A DNA stretch of 64,000 nucleotides from an uncultured Actinomycetota bacterium (GTDB lineage: Bacteria; Actinomycetota; Thermoleophilia; RBG-16-64-13). The notes under the pieces are model-generated. The model was given only the letters and a program-made list of their open reading frames with translations, was not told the origin of the DNA and did not search any database. Location of the stretch: assembly GCA_963783835.1 (NCBI GenBank), contig CAWAOX010000014.1, positions 238,614 through 302,613 of the forward strand, written 5' to 3'. The position numbers and the translations under genes were made by a program. Of the stretch, positions 1 through 8,690 are shown in pieces; within the stretch, counting starts at the first letter, position 1, and the number at the start of each line of letters is the position of its first letter.

Positions 1-28
1 TCCTTTTACGGGATGTAGCCGGCCGCCG

Positions 29-2014
29 ATGCAATTGCAGCTTTCGTTGGCGGTCGCGGACAGACTCCATGAGACCTTGCTGGTACGTGGAGAACCGCTC
101 GATGCGGTGGAAGCGGCCCGTCTGCTTCTCGCCTCTCCCACCGCTCCGGAACCCATCTGCCGCGAAGTCCTTGCCGTCCTGGTCCTGCACGATCGGCGGT
201 TCTGTCCGAGAACCACCGGTGACCTGCTTTCGCTCACGAACTGGGAGACCCCCGATCCCGACTTGGCTGACGTCCCCTTCGTGGCCCTCGACCTCGAGAC
301 CACGGGCTCGCGGGCGGGGACGAGCAAGATCACCGAGATCGGGGCGGTCCGGTTCGAAGGCTTCCGGGAGGTGGGACGCTTCCACACCCTGGTAAATCCT
401 CAGCGGCCGATACCGCACATGATCACCCACATCACGGGGATCACTCAGGAGATGGTGGCCGACGCGCCCCGTATCGAGCAGGTGGTTCCCGACCTCCTCG
501 AGTTCCTTGAGGGCGCAGTGATCGTCGCCCACAACGCGGCCTTCGACGTTGGGTTCCTCAACTACGAGCTCCAGCGGCTCAAAGGCAGGCGGCTGGGTGA
601 AGGGGCCATCGACACTCTCCCGTTGGCCCGGCTCCTCGCGCCCGGCCTTCCCAACTACCGTCTGCGCACCGTGGCCGACGCCCTCGGCGCCCCGGTGACC
701 GCCTGCCATCGCGCGCTCGCCGACGCCCAAGCCGCGGGTCACGTGTTCGTGACCCTGGCCGGCCGCCTCCAGGAGCGGGGGATCACCCACCTCGGCGAGG
801 CTCGAGCCTTCGTCAGCCCCACCTCGCGTTCGGTCATGGACAAGCTCAGCCTCACCCGCGATGTGCCCCGCTGCCCAGGCACCTATCGCTTCGTCGACAA
901 GCACGGAGGGGTCCTGTACGTAGGCAAGGCGGACCGGCTGCGGGAAAGGGTCCGCTCGTACTTCATGCCCGGCGGGGGCCATACCCGCAAGATGCGGCAG
1001 GCCGTGCACCAAGTGGAGCAGATCGAGTGGGATGAGAGCTTCACCCCGCTCGAGGCGGCCGTCCGAGAGCAGGAGCTCATCCTCGAACACAAGCCTCCGT
1101 GCAACGTCCAGGGTAGCCGGCCGGAGCACTACACGTACCTCAAGATCGGCGGCGCCGGTACCGGACTCACGCTCACCATGACCAGCCGGCAGCCGCGTTG
1201 GTTGGGCGGAGATGAGCGTCGACCCCGTCCGGCGAGTGCACCGTTCATCATCGGCCCCTTCCGGGGACGGGCGCGCATGGGGCAGGCTCTCGACCTCCTG
1301 CATCGCTGTTACCCCATCCGCCACTGCCCGCGTGGCACCGTCACTCGCCCCTGCGTCAGGCTCGAGTGCGGCGACTGTCTCGCGCCCTGCGCGAGCGAGC
1401 GGCCGGTCGTAGAGGAACATGACGGTCTGGTCATGGGGATCGTCGAATGGCTCGGCGGACAGGCTTCGAGCAGCTTTGCCGAGCCGGCGGAGCGCGCGGA
1501 GGAACTAGTCTACTCGCTGTCGCGGCAGCGGCGCTTCGAGGAGGCGCAGCGTGTGAGCGAAGCCAGAGATCATCTGCTCAGCGTGAGGCGCTCGTATCAG
1601 TCGCTGGCCGAAGCGCTCTCGTTGCGGTTCGCCGCTCTCTGGCCCGCGGTCGGTGAAGACGGCAGCGCGGCGCTGCGCCTGAACCTGGTGTGGGACGGCA
1701 GGCTGCGGGAGGCAGTCTCTCTGCCGAGTTCGAGCATGGCTGAAGAGATCGAGAGCCGGCTGCACGCTCTGTGGGCGACTCGCTCCAGCGCCTGGGGGGC
1801 GAACATATCCATGGCGGTGGCGCAGAGGGACCTCGATGCGCTGCTGGCAGTCCGACGCTGGTACAAGGAGAGTGATGCGGCGTTTCTCGTGGCCCTCCCC
1901 GGGCCTGACGCCAGTCTCGAGGAGCGCCAGCATGCGAGCGAACGGCTTCTCGCCGAAGCCTCGCGAGTCCTCGCCATGTGGCCTGCCGCCCGGGCGACCG
2001 GCTCCATGCTGTAG
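29..2014 (+). CDS. DnaQ-like DEDDh 3'-5' exonuclease fused to a GIY-YIG (UvrC/Cho-like) nuclease domain, with an additional ~300-aa C-terminal region
   Basis: Exo motifs 'VALDLETTG...ITEIGAV' and 'VIVAHNAAFDVGFL' (DnaQ/epsilon-like); GIY-YIG motif 'GTYRFVDKHGGVLYVGKADRLRERVRSYF'; long single ORF in the ORF track. Confidence 0.75.
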   Translation: MQLQLSLAVADRLHETLLVRGEPLDAVEAARLLLASPTAPEPICREVLAVLVLHDRRFCPRTTGDLLSLTNWETPDPDLADVPFVALDLETTGSRAGTSKITEIGAVRFEGFREVGRFHTLVNPQRPIPHMITHITGITQEMVADAPRIEQVVPDLLEFLEGAVIVAHNAAFDVGFLNYELQRLKGRRLGEGAIDTLPLARLLAPGLPNYRLRTVADALGAPVTACHRALADAQAAGHVFVTLAGRLQERGITHLGEARAFVSPTSRSVMDKLSLTRDVPRCPGTYRFVDKHGGVLYVGKADRLRERVRSYFMPGGGHTRKMRQAVHQVEQIEWDESFTPLEAAVREQELILEHKPPCNVQGSRPEHYTYLKIGGAGTGLTLTMTSRQPRWLGGDERRPRPASAPFIIGPFRGRARMGQALDLLHRCYPIRHCPRGTVTRPCVRLECGDCLAPCASERPVVEEHDGLVMGIVEWLGGQASSSFAEPAERAEELVYSLSRQRRFEEAQRVSEARDHLLSVRRSYQSLAEALSLRFAALWPAVGEDGSAALRLNLVWDGRLREAVSLPSSSMAEEIESRLHALWATRSSAWGANISMAVAQRDLDALLAVRRWYKESDAAFLVALPGPDASLEERQHASERLLAEASRVLAMWPAARATGSML

Positions 2015-2064
2015 CCGGCGCGCGGCCCTCGTTCGCCGAGCGCGCCGAGCCGGGCGTCTGCTTT

Positions 2065-2250
2065 CTACACCGTCGCTACCTGCGCCTTGGGAAGCTGGAT
2101 ACCTTTGGTCCTCATCACCGCCGTGAGGAGGCTGCGGTCGATCTTGCCCTTGTAGATGGGGATACCTTCCTTGACGCATAACTGGATCACGTCACGAGTG
2201 CCGGTACCCATCTCAGCCGCGAGTTCCTCGGGGGTGAAGTGGTTGGCCAT
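2065..2250 (-). CDS. small helix-turn-helix DNA-binding protein (~61 aa)
   Basis: ORF 2065..2292; internal Met 'MANHFTPEELAAEMGTGTRDVIQLCVKEGIP' preceded by strong SD AAAGGAG 8 nt upstream of ATG at 2250; HTH_17/excisionase-like sequence pattern. Confidence 0.55.
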   Translation of the reverse strand: MANHFTPEELAAEMGTGTRDVIQLCVKEGIPIYKGKIDRSLLTAVMRTKGIQLPKAQVATV

Positions 2251-2290
2251 CAGATCTCCTTTCCAGACTCCGAGCCAAGACTCCAGATGC

Positions 2291-2323
2291 AAACAAAAAA
2301 GCCCAGCAGCGTCGGCTGCCAGG
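2291..2323 (-). terminator. Rho-independent terminator-like hairpin on minus strand (9-bp stem CCUGGCAGC/GCUGCUGGG, loop CGAC, then CUUUUUUGUUU)
   Basis: Read directly from sequence 2291-2323 (reverse complement); lies ~145 nt downstream of moeA stop. Confidence 0.45.
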
Positions 2324-2468
2324 CCTATCTAACCGGTCCCTCTGTTCCGCACGGGTGAGCGCCTTTCATCTCCCCCGAGCCGTTGTCGAATTGACTCCCT
2401 CATTGTTCTCATTGTAGCCCCACCGGGCCCTGGAGACAACCGGCGGAGACACCGCGTTCAGGCTGCTA

Positions 2469-3704
2469 TCAGGGTTCCTCGAGGTCCTCGCGCTGCAGAA
2501 GAAACTCGATCTCCTCGCCAGCGTGCACTCCCCGGGCGCCACCGGGCACGAAGGCCAGCCCATTGGCGCCCACCATGGAGCGCAGGATGCCGGATCCTTG
2601 GGCCCCGGTGGAGCTGACATGCCACGTGCCGTCTTCCCTCCAGGCCCTCACGCGGACCACATAGGTCCTGCCGTCGGCGTTGGCTACGTCCTCTTCGATG
2701 ATCGCCTGGTAGAGAGGGCGGGTCGTCTTGCGGTACCCCATCAGTCGAAGCAAGGCGGGTCTGACGAACAGCTCGAACGAGACCATGGCCGACACCGGGT
2801 TCCCAGGGAGACCAAAGACCAGCGTGCCGCCTCGCACTCCGAACACGAGGGGCTTGCCCGGTTTCATCGCCACGCCCCACAACCGTCGCTCGACGCCGAG
2901 TTCGTCCTGCACGTCCTTGACGAAGTCGAACCGTCCGACCGAGACTCCGCCTGACGTGAGGACCACGTCGTACTCGAGCCCCGCCTGGATCGCCCGGCGG
3001 GTGGCCTCGTAGTCGTCGGGGACGATACCGAAAGGCGTGGCTTCCACGCCGAGTTGCCGGCACAGAGCCCGGATCGAATAGCTGTTCGAGTTGCGGATCT
3101 GCCCGGGACCGAGCGGCTGGTCGACCTCTACGAGCTCGCTGCCGGTGGAGATGACGGCCACACGGGGCCGCCGGTGGACGAGCACCCGGGCGTGACCCAG
3201 GCTCGCAAGCACGCCTATCTCCGCGGGCCCCAACGCGGTGCCCGCGGCAAGCACCCGATCGCCCGCCGGGACGTCTTCGCCCGCCCGCCGGATGTTCTTG
3301 CCGGGCTTGACCGTTTCGTAGACAAGGACGTACCCGTCTTCCTCGGACGTGATCTCGGACTGCGCCACGGTGTCGGCGCCCTGGGGGAGAGGAGCGCCGG
3401 TCATTATCCTGGCCGCCTCGCCCGGCCCCAGACTCCTCGTAGCCACGTGACCGGCGGGGATGGTCTCGGCAATAAGGAGCCTCGCGGGCGACCCGGATGC
3501 CGCGTCCACGAGGTCGGCCGCACGGGCGGCATAGCCATCCATGCCCGAATTATCGAAGGGGGGCACGCTGTGCGACGCGATTATGTCCTCGGCCAGCACG
3601 GAGCCGACAGCCTCGGACAGCGGAACGGTCTCGGCGGGTAGCGGCGAAGCCTCGGCAAGTACGCGGCTTCGCGCATCCTCTATGCTTATCAGCTTGGCCG
3701 ACAT
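2469..3704 (-). CDS. moeA: molybdopterin molybdenumtransferase MoeA
   Basis: Typical MoeA N-term 'SIEDARSRVL...PPFDNSGMDGYAAR' and C-terminal 'GKPLVFG...GLPGNPVSAMVSFELFVRPAL'. Confidence 0.9.
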   Translation of the reverse strand: MSAKLISIEDARSRVLAEASPLPAETVPLSEAVGSVLAEDIIASHSVPPFDNSGMDGYAARAADLVDAASGSPARLLIAETIPAGHVATRSLGPGEAARIMTGAPLPQGADTVAQSEITSEEDGYVLVYETVKPGKNIRRAGEDVPAGDRVLAAGTALGPAEIGVLASLGHARVLVHRRPRVAVISTGSELVEVDQPLGPGQIRNSNSYSIRALCRQLGVEATPFGIVPDDYEATRRAIQAGLEYDVVLTSGGVSVGRFDFVKDVQDELGVERRLWGVAMKPGKPLVFGVRGGTLVFGLPGNPVSAMVSFELFVRPALLRLMGYRKTTRPLYQAIIEEDVANADGRTYVVRVRAWREDGTWHVSSTGAQGSGILRSMVGANGLAFVPGGARGVHAGEEIEFLLQREDLEEP

Positions 3705-3819
3705 GAATCACCCCTCCGACACGGCAGCCGTGCGAAGGATAGCACGAGCCCACGACCTCCGATTTGTCACAACGGCAATACCAGCATAGAATTCACCGTC
3801 CTCGAAAGAACGGGAGTCC

Positions 3820-5658
3820 TTGATGCCCCTCACTATCCGCCGGCGCCTCGTCGACCGGGTCCGGCAACTGAGGAAGATAGCGTATGCCGTCTGTGCGGCT
3901 CTCGTCGTCCTCGCCTGCGGGGTGGTCTTTCTGTCCATCTCCTCCCCCGCTTCGAGCGTCGAGGTGGCCATCGGGCCGACGTTCTTCGACGCCAACCGCG
4001 CTTTCCGCCTCGCCGAGGACATGTGGCGCTACTACCCGGAACGGAGCTTGGATTCCGAAGACGCCGCGGGCGTCACGAGCTGGATGGAGGAGAAGCTCTC
4101 CGCGTTCGGCACCCCCATCGTTGACCCCTACCAGGCCCCGCTTGGGAATAGGGAAGTGACTCTGCGGAACATCGGGCTCGTCCTGCAGGGCTCGGGAGAC
4201 CAGGCCATCCTCATTTCGGCCCCGCGCGACACCCCCGCCGTCGTCAAGGTCGACCCGTTGGCCTACTCCAGCGGGACCGCGGTGCTGATGGAGTTGGTGC
4301 AGGTCTTCGCCTCACGCCCCCACCAGAAGACTCTGATCTTCCTCTCCACCGAGGACGCGAGCAGCGGGGGGCTGGGAATAGACCACTTTCTGGACACGAG
4401 CGATCTGACCCCCAGTATCTCGACCATCCTCTCGTTCCAGGGACTGGGCAAGGAACGCACCCGGGCGCTGCAGGCCGGAGTGACCGCTCCGCAGAACACG
4501 ACCCCGGGCTGGTACGTGCAACTCGGGGGTCGAGTGCTCCTGAAATCCGCACTGGCGCTCCAGGTGCCCGGCCTCCCGTCGCAGTCGGCGGACCACGCGC
4601 TGGCTCTGTCGAGCGGTGACCAGGTCGCGGGTCTCAGCCGGGGCATCGCGTCTCTGCGCCTCTACGACGAAACCAGTGGCAACCCCACGGCAGCCGGCCT
4701 ATCGACCCAGGGCGCGGCCATCGAGCGGCTGATCATGTCTCTCGACGCCGAACCCGAGATCCCCGCGGACCCGGGTACTGCGCTGGTTCTCAGCTCGGGG
4801 CGCTACCTCACCAGCCGGGCGGTGACCCTGCTCGCCGCTCTCATGTTGCTGCCGACCATAGCCGCCTTGCTCATCTGGCTGTTCACGTCTCGGATAACGC
4901 CCCACGGCGCCCTCATGCACGTGCGCAACCTCTTCTCGTTCGCCATCCCGCTGGCGCTGATCTTCCTCCTGGCGTACGCGCTCGCGCAGTGGGGTCTGAT
5001 CCCCCTGTACAGCGGTCAGGTGCCGACCACGCCGGGTCCCGCGACGAACCCGCGCCTGGGGCCGACGCTGCTCCTTATCCTGCTCGGAGGAGCGCTCTTC
5101 GTCATTTCCCGGCACTTCCTCGGTTACCTGAGGCCACGGGAATCGCGGGCGGCCACCGAGATGAGCCGCCTCTGCGCGGGTTTCCTCAGCCTACTGTTCG
5201 GGCTCGCCCTGATGCTTTCCCGATCGCCGTTCCTCCTGCTGCCGTGCCTGACGGTTGCATGGGCCTGGCCGCTCACGACGTGTTTCGCGGAACCGGTCTA
5301 CTCGGGAGCTTTATGGCGGCATCGCTTCCTCAGCAACGGGCCGCTGCTGCTTCTCGGCCTGATCGTCCCCGTGCTTCTGTACGCATACCTGGCGGTCGGC
5401 AACGACATCGGCTGGCTCAACGCATGGTGGTATGTCCTTGTCCAGACGGTGTCCGGCGCCTACGGCATCCGAGGCCCGGCGGCGGTCGTCTTCATCACCG
5501 CCGGGTTCCTCGTGTTGCTCGGGGTCAAGCGCATGCGGGTGGTGCCCATCGAGACCCTGGAGATCATGGACGAACTGAGCCTGCTCGAGCCCGCGGCACC
5601 CCGGGCCCGGCGCAGACCCCGCCAGACGTCGACGCCGCCCCTCTCACCCTGGCGCTAG
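3820..5658 (+). CDS. polytopic membrane protein with N-terminal TM helix, extracytoplasmic M28 peptidase-like (apparently degenerate) domain and ~9 C-terminal TM helices
   Basis: Hydrophobic segments throughout; 'ILISAPRDTPAVV...GTAVLMELVQVF...IFLSTEDASSGGLGIDHFL' resembles M28 zinc-aminopeptidase core but metal-ligand His/Asp positions appear substituted. Confidence 0.6.
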   Translation: MMPLTIRRRLVDRVRQLRKIAYAVCAALVVLACGVVFLSISSPASSVEVAIGPTFFDANRAFRLAEDMWRYYPERSLDSEDAAGVTSWMEEKLSAFGTPIVDPYQAPLGNREVTLRNIGLVLQGSGDQAILISAPRDTPAVVKVDPLAYSSGTAVLMELVQVFASRPHQKTLIFLSTEDASSGGLGIDHFLDTSDLTPSISTILSFQGLGKERTRALQAGVTAPQNTTPGWYVQLGGRVLLKSALALQVPGLPSQSADHALALSSGDQVAGLSRGIASLRLYDETSGNPTAAGLSTQGAAIERLIMSLDAEPEIPADPGTALVLSSGRYLTSRAVTLLAALMLLPTIAALLIWLFTSRITPHGALMHVRNLFSFAIPLALIFLLAYALAQWGLIPLYSGQVPTTPGPATNPRLGPTLLLILLGGALFVISRHFLGYLRPRESRAATEMSRLCAGFLSLLFGLALMLSRSPFLLLPCLTVAWAWPLTTCFAEPVYSGALWRHRFLSNGPLLLLGLIVPVLLYAYLAVGNDIGWLNAWWYVLVQTVSGAYGIRGPAAVVFITAGFLVLLGVKRMRVVPIETLEIMDELSLLEPAAPRARRRPRQTSTPPLSPWR

Positions 5659-5660
5659 AA

Positions 5661-5737
5661 GAGAAGCGATAGCGGTCCCCCTCCGGCTGCGCACAGAAGC
5701 CTGTGCGACTCCTCCCCGGGGACCGCTATCGCTTCTC
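5661..5737. terminator. bidirectional terminator-like hairpin: perfect 20-bp inverted repeat GAGAAGCGATAGCGGTCCCC / GGGGACCGCTATCGCTTCTC with a nested 7-bp hairpin (CGCACAG/CTGTGCG) in the loop
   Basis: Seen directly in sequence between the convergent membrane-protein gene (ends 5658) and corA (ends 5768). Confidence 0.5.
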
Positions 5738-5767
5738 CCACTCAGTTGGGGAGCGAGCTGGTCCGCC

Positions 5768-6700
5768 CTAGAAGTAGCGCTTCCTCCAAAACACCAGGAA
5801 GAAGCCCACAACACCGACGACCGCTATGACGATCACCAGCGTGAACGCATGGGCGTAGTTCATGAAAGGAAGCTTCACGTTCATCCCGTAGAACGACGAC
5901 ACGATGACCGGGATCGACAGCATGATGGTGATGGAGGTCAGCAGCTTCATCACCTGGTTCAGGTTGTTTGAGATCACCGAGGTGAACGCGTCCATCATCC
6001 CCACAAGGATGTCCGTGTAGATCTTCGCCATCTCCGACGCCTGCTTGTTCTCGACGATCACGTCCTCCAGCAAGTCCTCGTCCTCCGCATACATCCTGAT
6101 GGTCTTGCCCCGGAGGAGTTTTTGCAGCACCGCGTCGTTCGAGCGGAGCGAGGTGGTGAAGTAGACCAGGGCCTTCTGGAGGCTGAGGAGATCGAAGATC
6201 TCCGCGTTCTTCAAAGAGGCTCGGAGCTCCTTTTCCAGCTTGTCGGTCTCCCGGTCGATCCGGTACAGATAACGCAGGTAGAAGGCCGATATCTGCTGCA
6301 GGATCTGGAACAGGAATCGCGTCTTCTTGTAGGTGAAGAAGGTGCGGATGTTCTCCCGCTCGAATTCGCCAAGGATCGGGTTGACGCGCAGGCAGATGGT
6401 TATGAAGTATTCCGGGTGGACGATCATCCCCAGCGGGATCGTGGCGTAGCTACGCTCGTCGTCCTCCACTACGAGGACCGGGATGTCGACGATCACGTAG
6501 GTGAGTCCGTCCTCCATCTCGACGCGCGATTTCTCTTCCTCGTCCAAAGGACCACTCAGCAGGTCGAGCGGGATGTTCAGCTCTTCGCTTACTCGTCGTA
6601 GTTCTTCCTCGGTGGGGCTGACCAGGTCGATCCAGGAGCCCGGTTCGAACTCCTCCAATCGCTCTAGACCCGTTTCGGTGGTTTTGAGAATGGCAAGCAT
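5768..6700 (-). CDS. corA: magnesium/cobalt transporter CorA
   Basis: Cytoplasmic N-domain plus two C-terminal TM helices with signature 'YGMN'. Confidence 0.9.
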   Translation of the reverse strand: MLAILKTTETGLERLEEFEPGSWIDLVSPTEEELRRVSEELNIPLDLLSGPLDEEEKSRVEMEDGLTYVIVDIPVLVVEDDERSYATIPLGMIVHPEYFITICLRVNPILGEFERENIRTFFTYKKTRFLFQILQQISAFYLRYLYRIDRETDKLEKELRASLKNAEIFDLLSLQKALVYFTTSLRSNDAVLQKLLRGKTIRMYAEDEDLLEDVIVENKQASEMAKIYTDILVGMMDAFTSVISNNLNQVMKLLTSITIMLSIPVIVSSFYGMNVKLPFMNYAHAFTLVIVIAVVGVVGFFLVFWRKRYF

Positions 6701-6908
6701 GACTCACCCCCTTTGTTCGACAGGCGGACGCGCCGCGTTCCATGGTGCTTGGTTCCCTCGCAGACTCGAAGGTTTTTGGTTCCCGCCGCCGAGACGGCGG
6801 GACTTCCGGAGATTCTCTCACGAAGCGCGCGACTGCGCTATCGTGGGCATGTGATGGCGCCGCCCAGCGCAGTCCAGCGGCCACAGCCCAGTTTCTCAGC
6901 CGCTCACG

Positions 6909-8690
6909 ATGAAAGGAGATGAGGTGGCACTCGACGAACCCGTCTACGAGAACATGATCCAGGAGCGCGACGTCATGGTGCCGATGCGCGACGGGGTGCG
7001 TCTAGCCGTCGATGTCTACCGGCCGAAGGCCGCGGGCGCTCATCCGGTCCTCTACACCTGCGCCGTCCACAACAAGGACCTCCAGCGCCCGGAGATAGCC
7101 GAAGCCCTGCCCCCTCAGCCGGCGTACGCCTCGCTCTGGTATGGCGTGGTCGAGGGCGGGGACACCAAACGGCTCGTGGCAAACGGGTACGCGCACGTGA
7201 TCGCGGAACTCCGCGGGGTGGGCAAGTCGGAGGGCGAGTACGACCCGGAAAACCCGACGGACCACTACGACATGATCGAGTGGATCTCCCAGCAGCCGTG
7301 GTGCGACGGGAACGTGGGGATGATCGGCATCTCCGCGTTCGGCGGCGAGCAGTTCCGGGCGGCGGTGCAGGGACATCCAGCCCTCAAGGCCATCTACCCC
7401 TACGACTCCATGGGCGGCTACAGCGGCATGTGGAGCGTCCGAGAGTTCCATCCGGGCGGCGTCTTCCAAATGATGCCCTACCTGCTGGGTATGTTCAGTT
7501 GCGTTCACGAGCCCTGCGGGCAGCCGGGCCCTCTGTCTCCGGCGGATGAGGAGAAGTGGGAACGGGCGATGAACAACCCCGACTACAGGATGTACGCCCA
7601 CCTGTGGAACATCCTCACGCAGAAGGGGCAACGCCAGGGCATGACCTTCTGGACGCTCATCGACCCGTACGACTACCCGGAGCTTCTGGAGAAGAGCGAG
7701 GAGAACTTCCAGAAGGTGAAGATCCCGTTCGTCTGTGGCTCCGGGGCGTACGCCTACACCTACAAGATGCACTGGCAGGGCGCGCAGCACTGGTTCGTGA
7801 ACGCCCAGAACTCGCCAAAGAAGCGGCTGCTCTTCAACGGGCCTGCTCACATGGAGCGCCCCTTCCACGACATGCACGACGACATCATCCGCTGGTATGA
7901 CCACTGGCTCAAGGGCATCGACAACGGGGCCGAGAACGACCCGCCGGTCAAAGTGTGGGTCATGGGCGAGAACAAGTGGCGCACGTACGGCGACTGGCCG
8001 GTCCCCGAGACGCAGTGGACCAAGTTCTACCTCGATAGCTGGGAGAGGCTGACCACCGAGGAGTCGCTGCCCAGCGCCGAGACCCAGAGCTACAATCCCG
8101 ACCCCGACGTGTTCACCCAGATGCCGCTCAAGAAGACCATGAAGGTGGAGCGGCTCCGCTACATGACCGAGCCACTGCCTGACGACCTTCTCGTGGTGGG
8201 ACCGTGCTCGCTCACCATCCATGCCGCTCTGGACCAGGACGACACCAACTGGATCATCGTCCTCTCCGATGTGGGCCCGGACGTGTCCGTCCGTACGCAA
8301 CGGGAGGGCGAACGCTTTGTGCCGGGCGACCTGCCCGAACGAGAGCTCACCCGCGGCTGGCTCAAGGCATCGCACCGCGCCCTCGATCCCAAGAGGACCA
8401 AGCCATGGGCCCCATTCGTCAAGTTGACCCGTGATGCCCAGCAGCCCGCGACGCCGGGTGAGATCAACGAGTACCAGGTCGAGTTGCTCTCGACCGCCAA
8501 CATGTTCCTACGCGGCCATCGCATCTGCGTCGACATCACGAGCCTCGACGTGCCGACGGGCACCGCCGGACTCAGCAACATCGAGTACATCGGCAACCAC
8601 GTCTGTAGCAGCAAGACGGTTACGCACAGCGTCTACCACAACGCTGAATATCCGTCGCATCTTCTGCTGCCGGTGATACCTCTGAAGTGA
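6909..8690 (+). CDS. CocE/NonD family hydrolase (S15 X-Pro dipeptidyl-peptidase-like alpha/beta hydrolase)
   Basis: N-term 'VPMRDGVRLAVDVYRP', nucleophile-elbow-like 'GMIGISAFGG', long C-terminal beta-sandwich region; stop overlaps next gene start (ATGA). Confidence 0.8.
   Translation: MKGDEVALDEPVYENMIQERDVMVPMRDGVRLAVDVYRPKAAGAHPVLYTCAVHNKDLQRPEIAEALPPQPAYASLWYGVVEGGDTKRLVANGYAHVIAELRGVGKSEGEYDPENPTDHYDMIEWISQQPWCDGNVGMIGISAFGGEQFRAAVQGHPALKAIYPYDSMGGYSGMWSVREFHPGGVFQMMPYLLGMFSCVHEPCGQPGPLSPADEEKWERAMNNPDYRMYAHLWNILTQKGQRQGMTFWTLIDPYDYPELLEKSEENFQKVKIPFVCGSGAYAYTYKMHWQGAQHWFVNAQNSPKKRLLFNGPAHMERPFHDMHDDIIRWYDHWLKGIDNGAENDPPVKVWVMGENKWRTYGDWPVPETQWTKFYLDSWERLTTEESLPSAETQSYNPDPDVFTQMPLKKTMKVERLRYMTEPLPDDLLVVGPCSLTIHAALDQDDTNWIIVLSDVGPDVSVRTQREGERFVPGDLPERELTRGWLKASHRALDPKRTKPWAPFVKLTRDAQQPATPGEINEYQVELLSTANMFLRGHRICVDITSLDVPTGTAGLSNIEYIGNHVCSSKTVTHSVYHNAEYPSHLLLPVIPLK

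Noticed and set aside
7002-8375. 457-aa minus-strand ORF antisense to the CocE/NonD gene
   Set aside because: Arg/Gly/Ala/Val/Leu-dominated composition typical of out-of-frame or antisense ORFs in high-GC DNA. It fully overlaps a well-supported gene and has no motifs.
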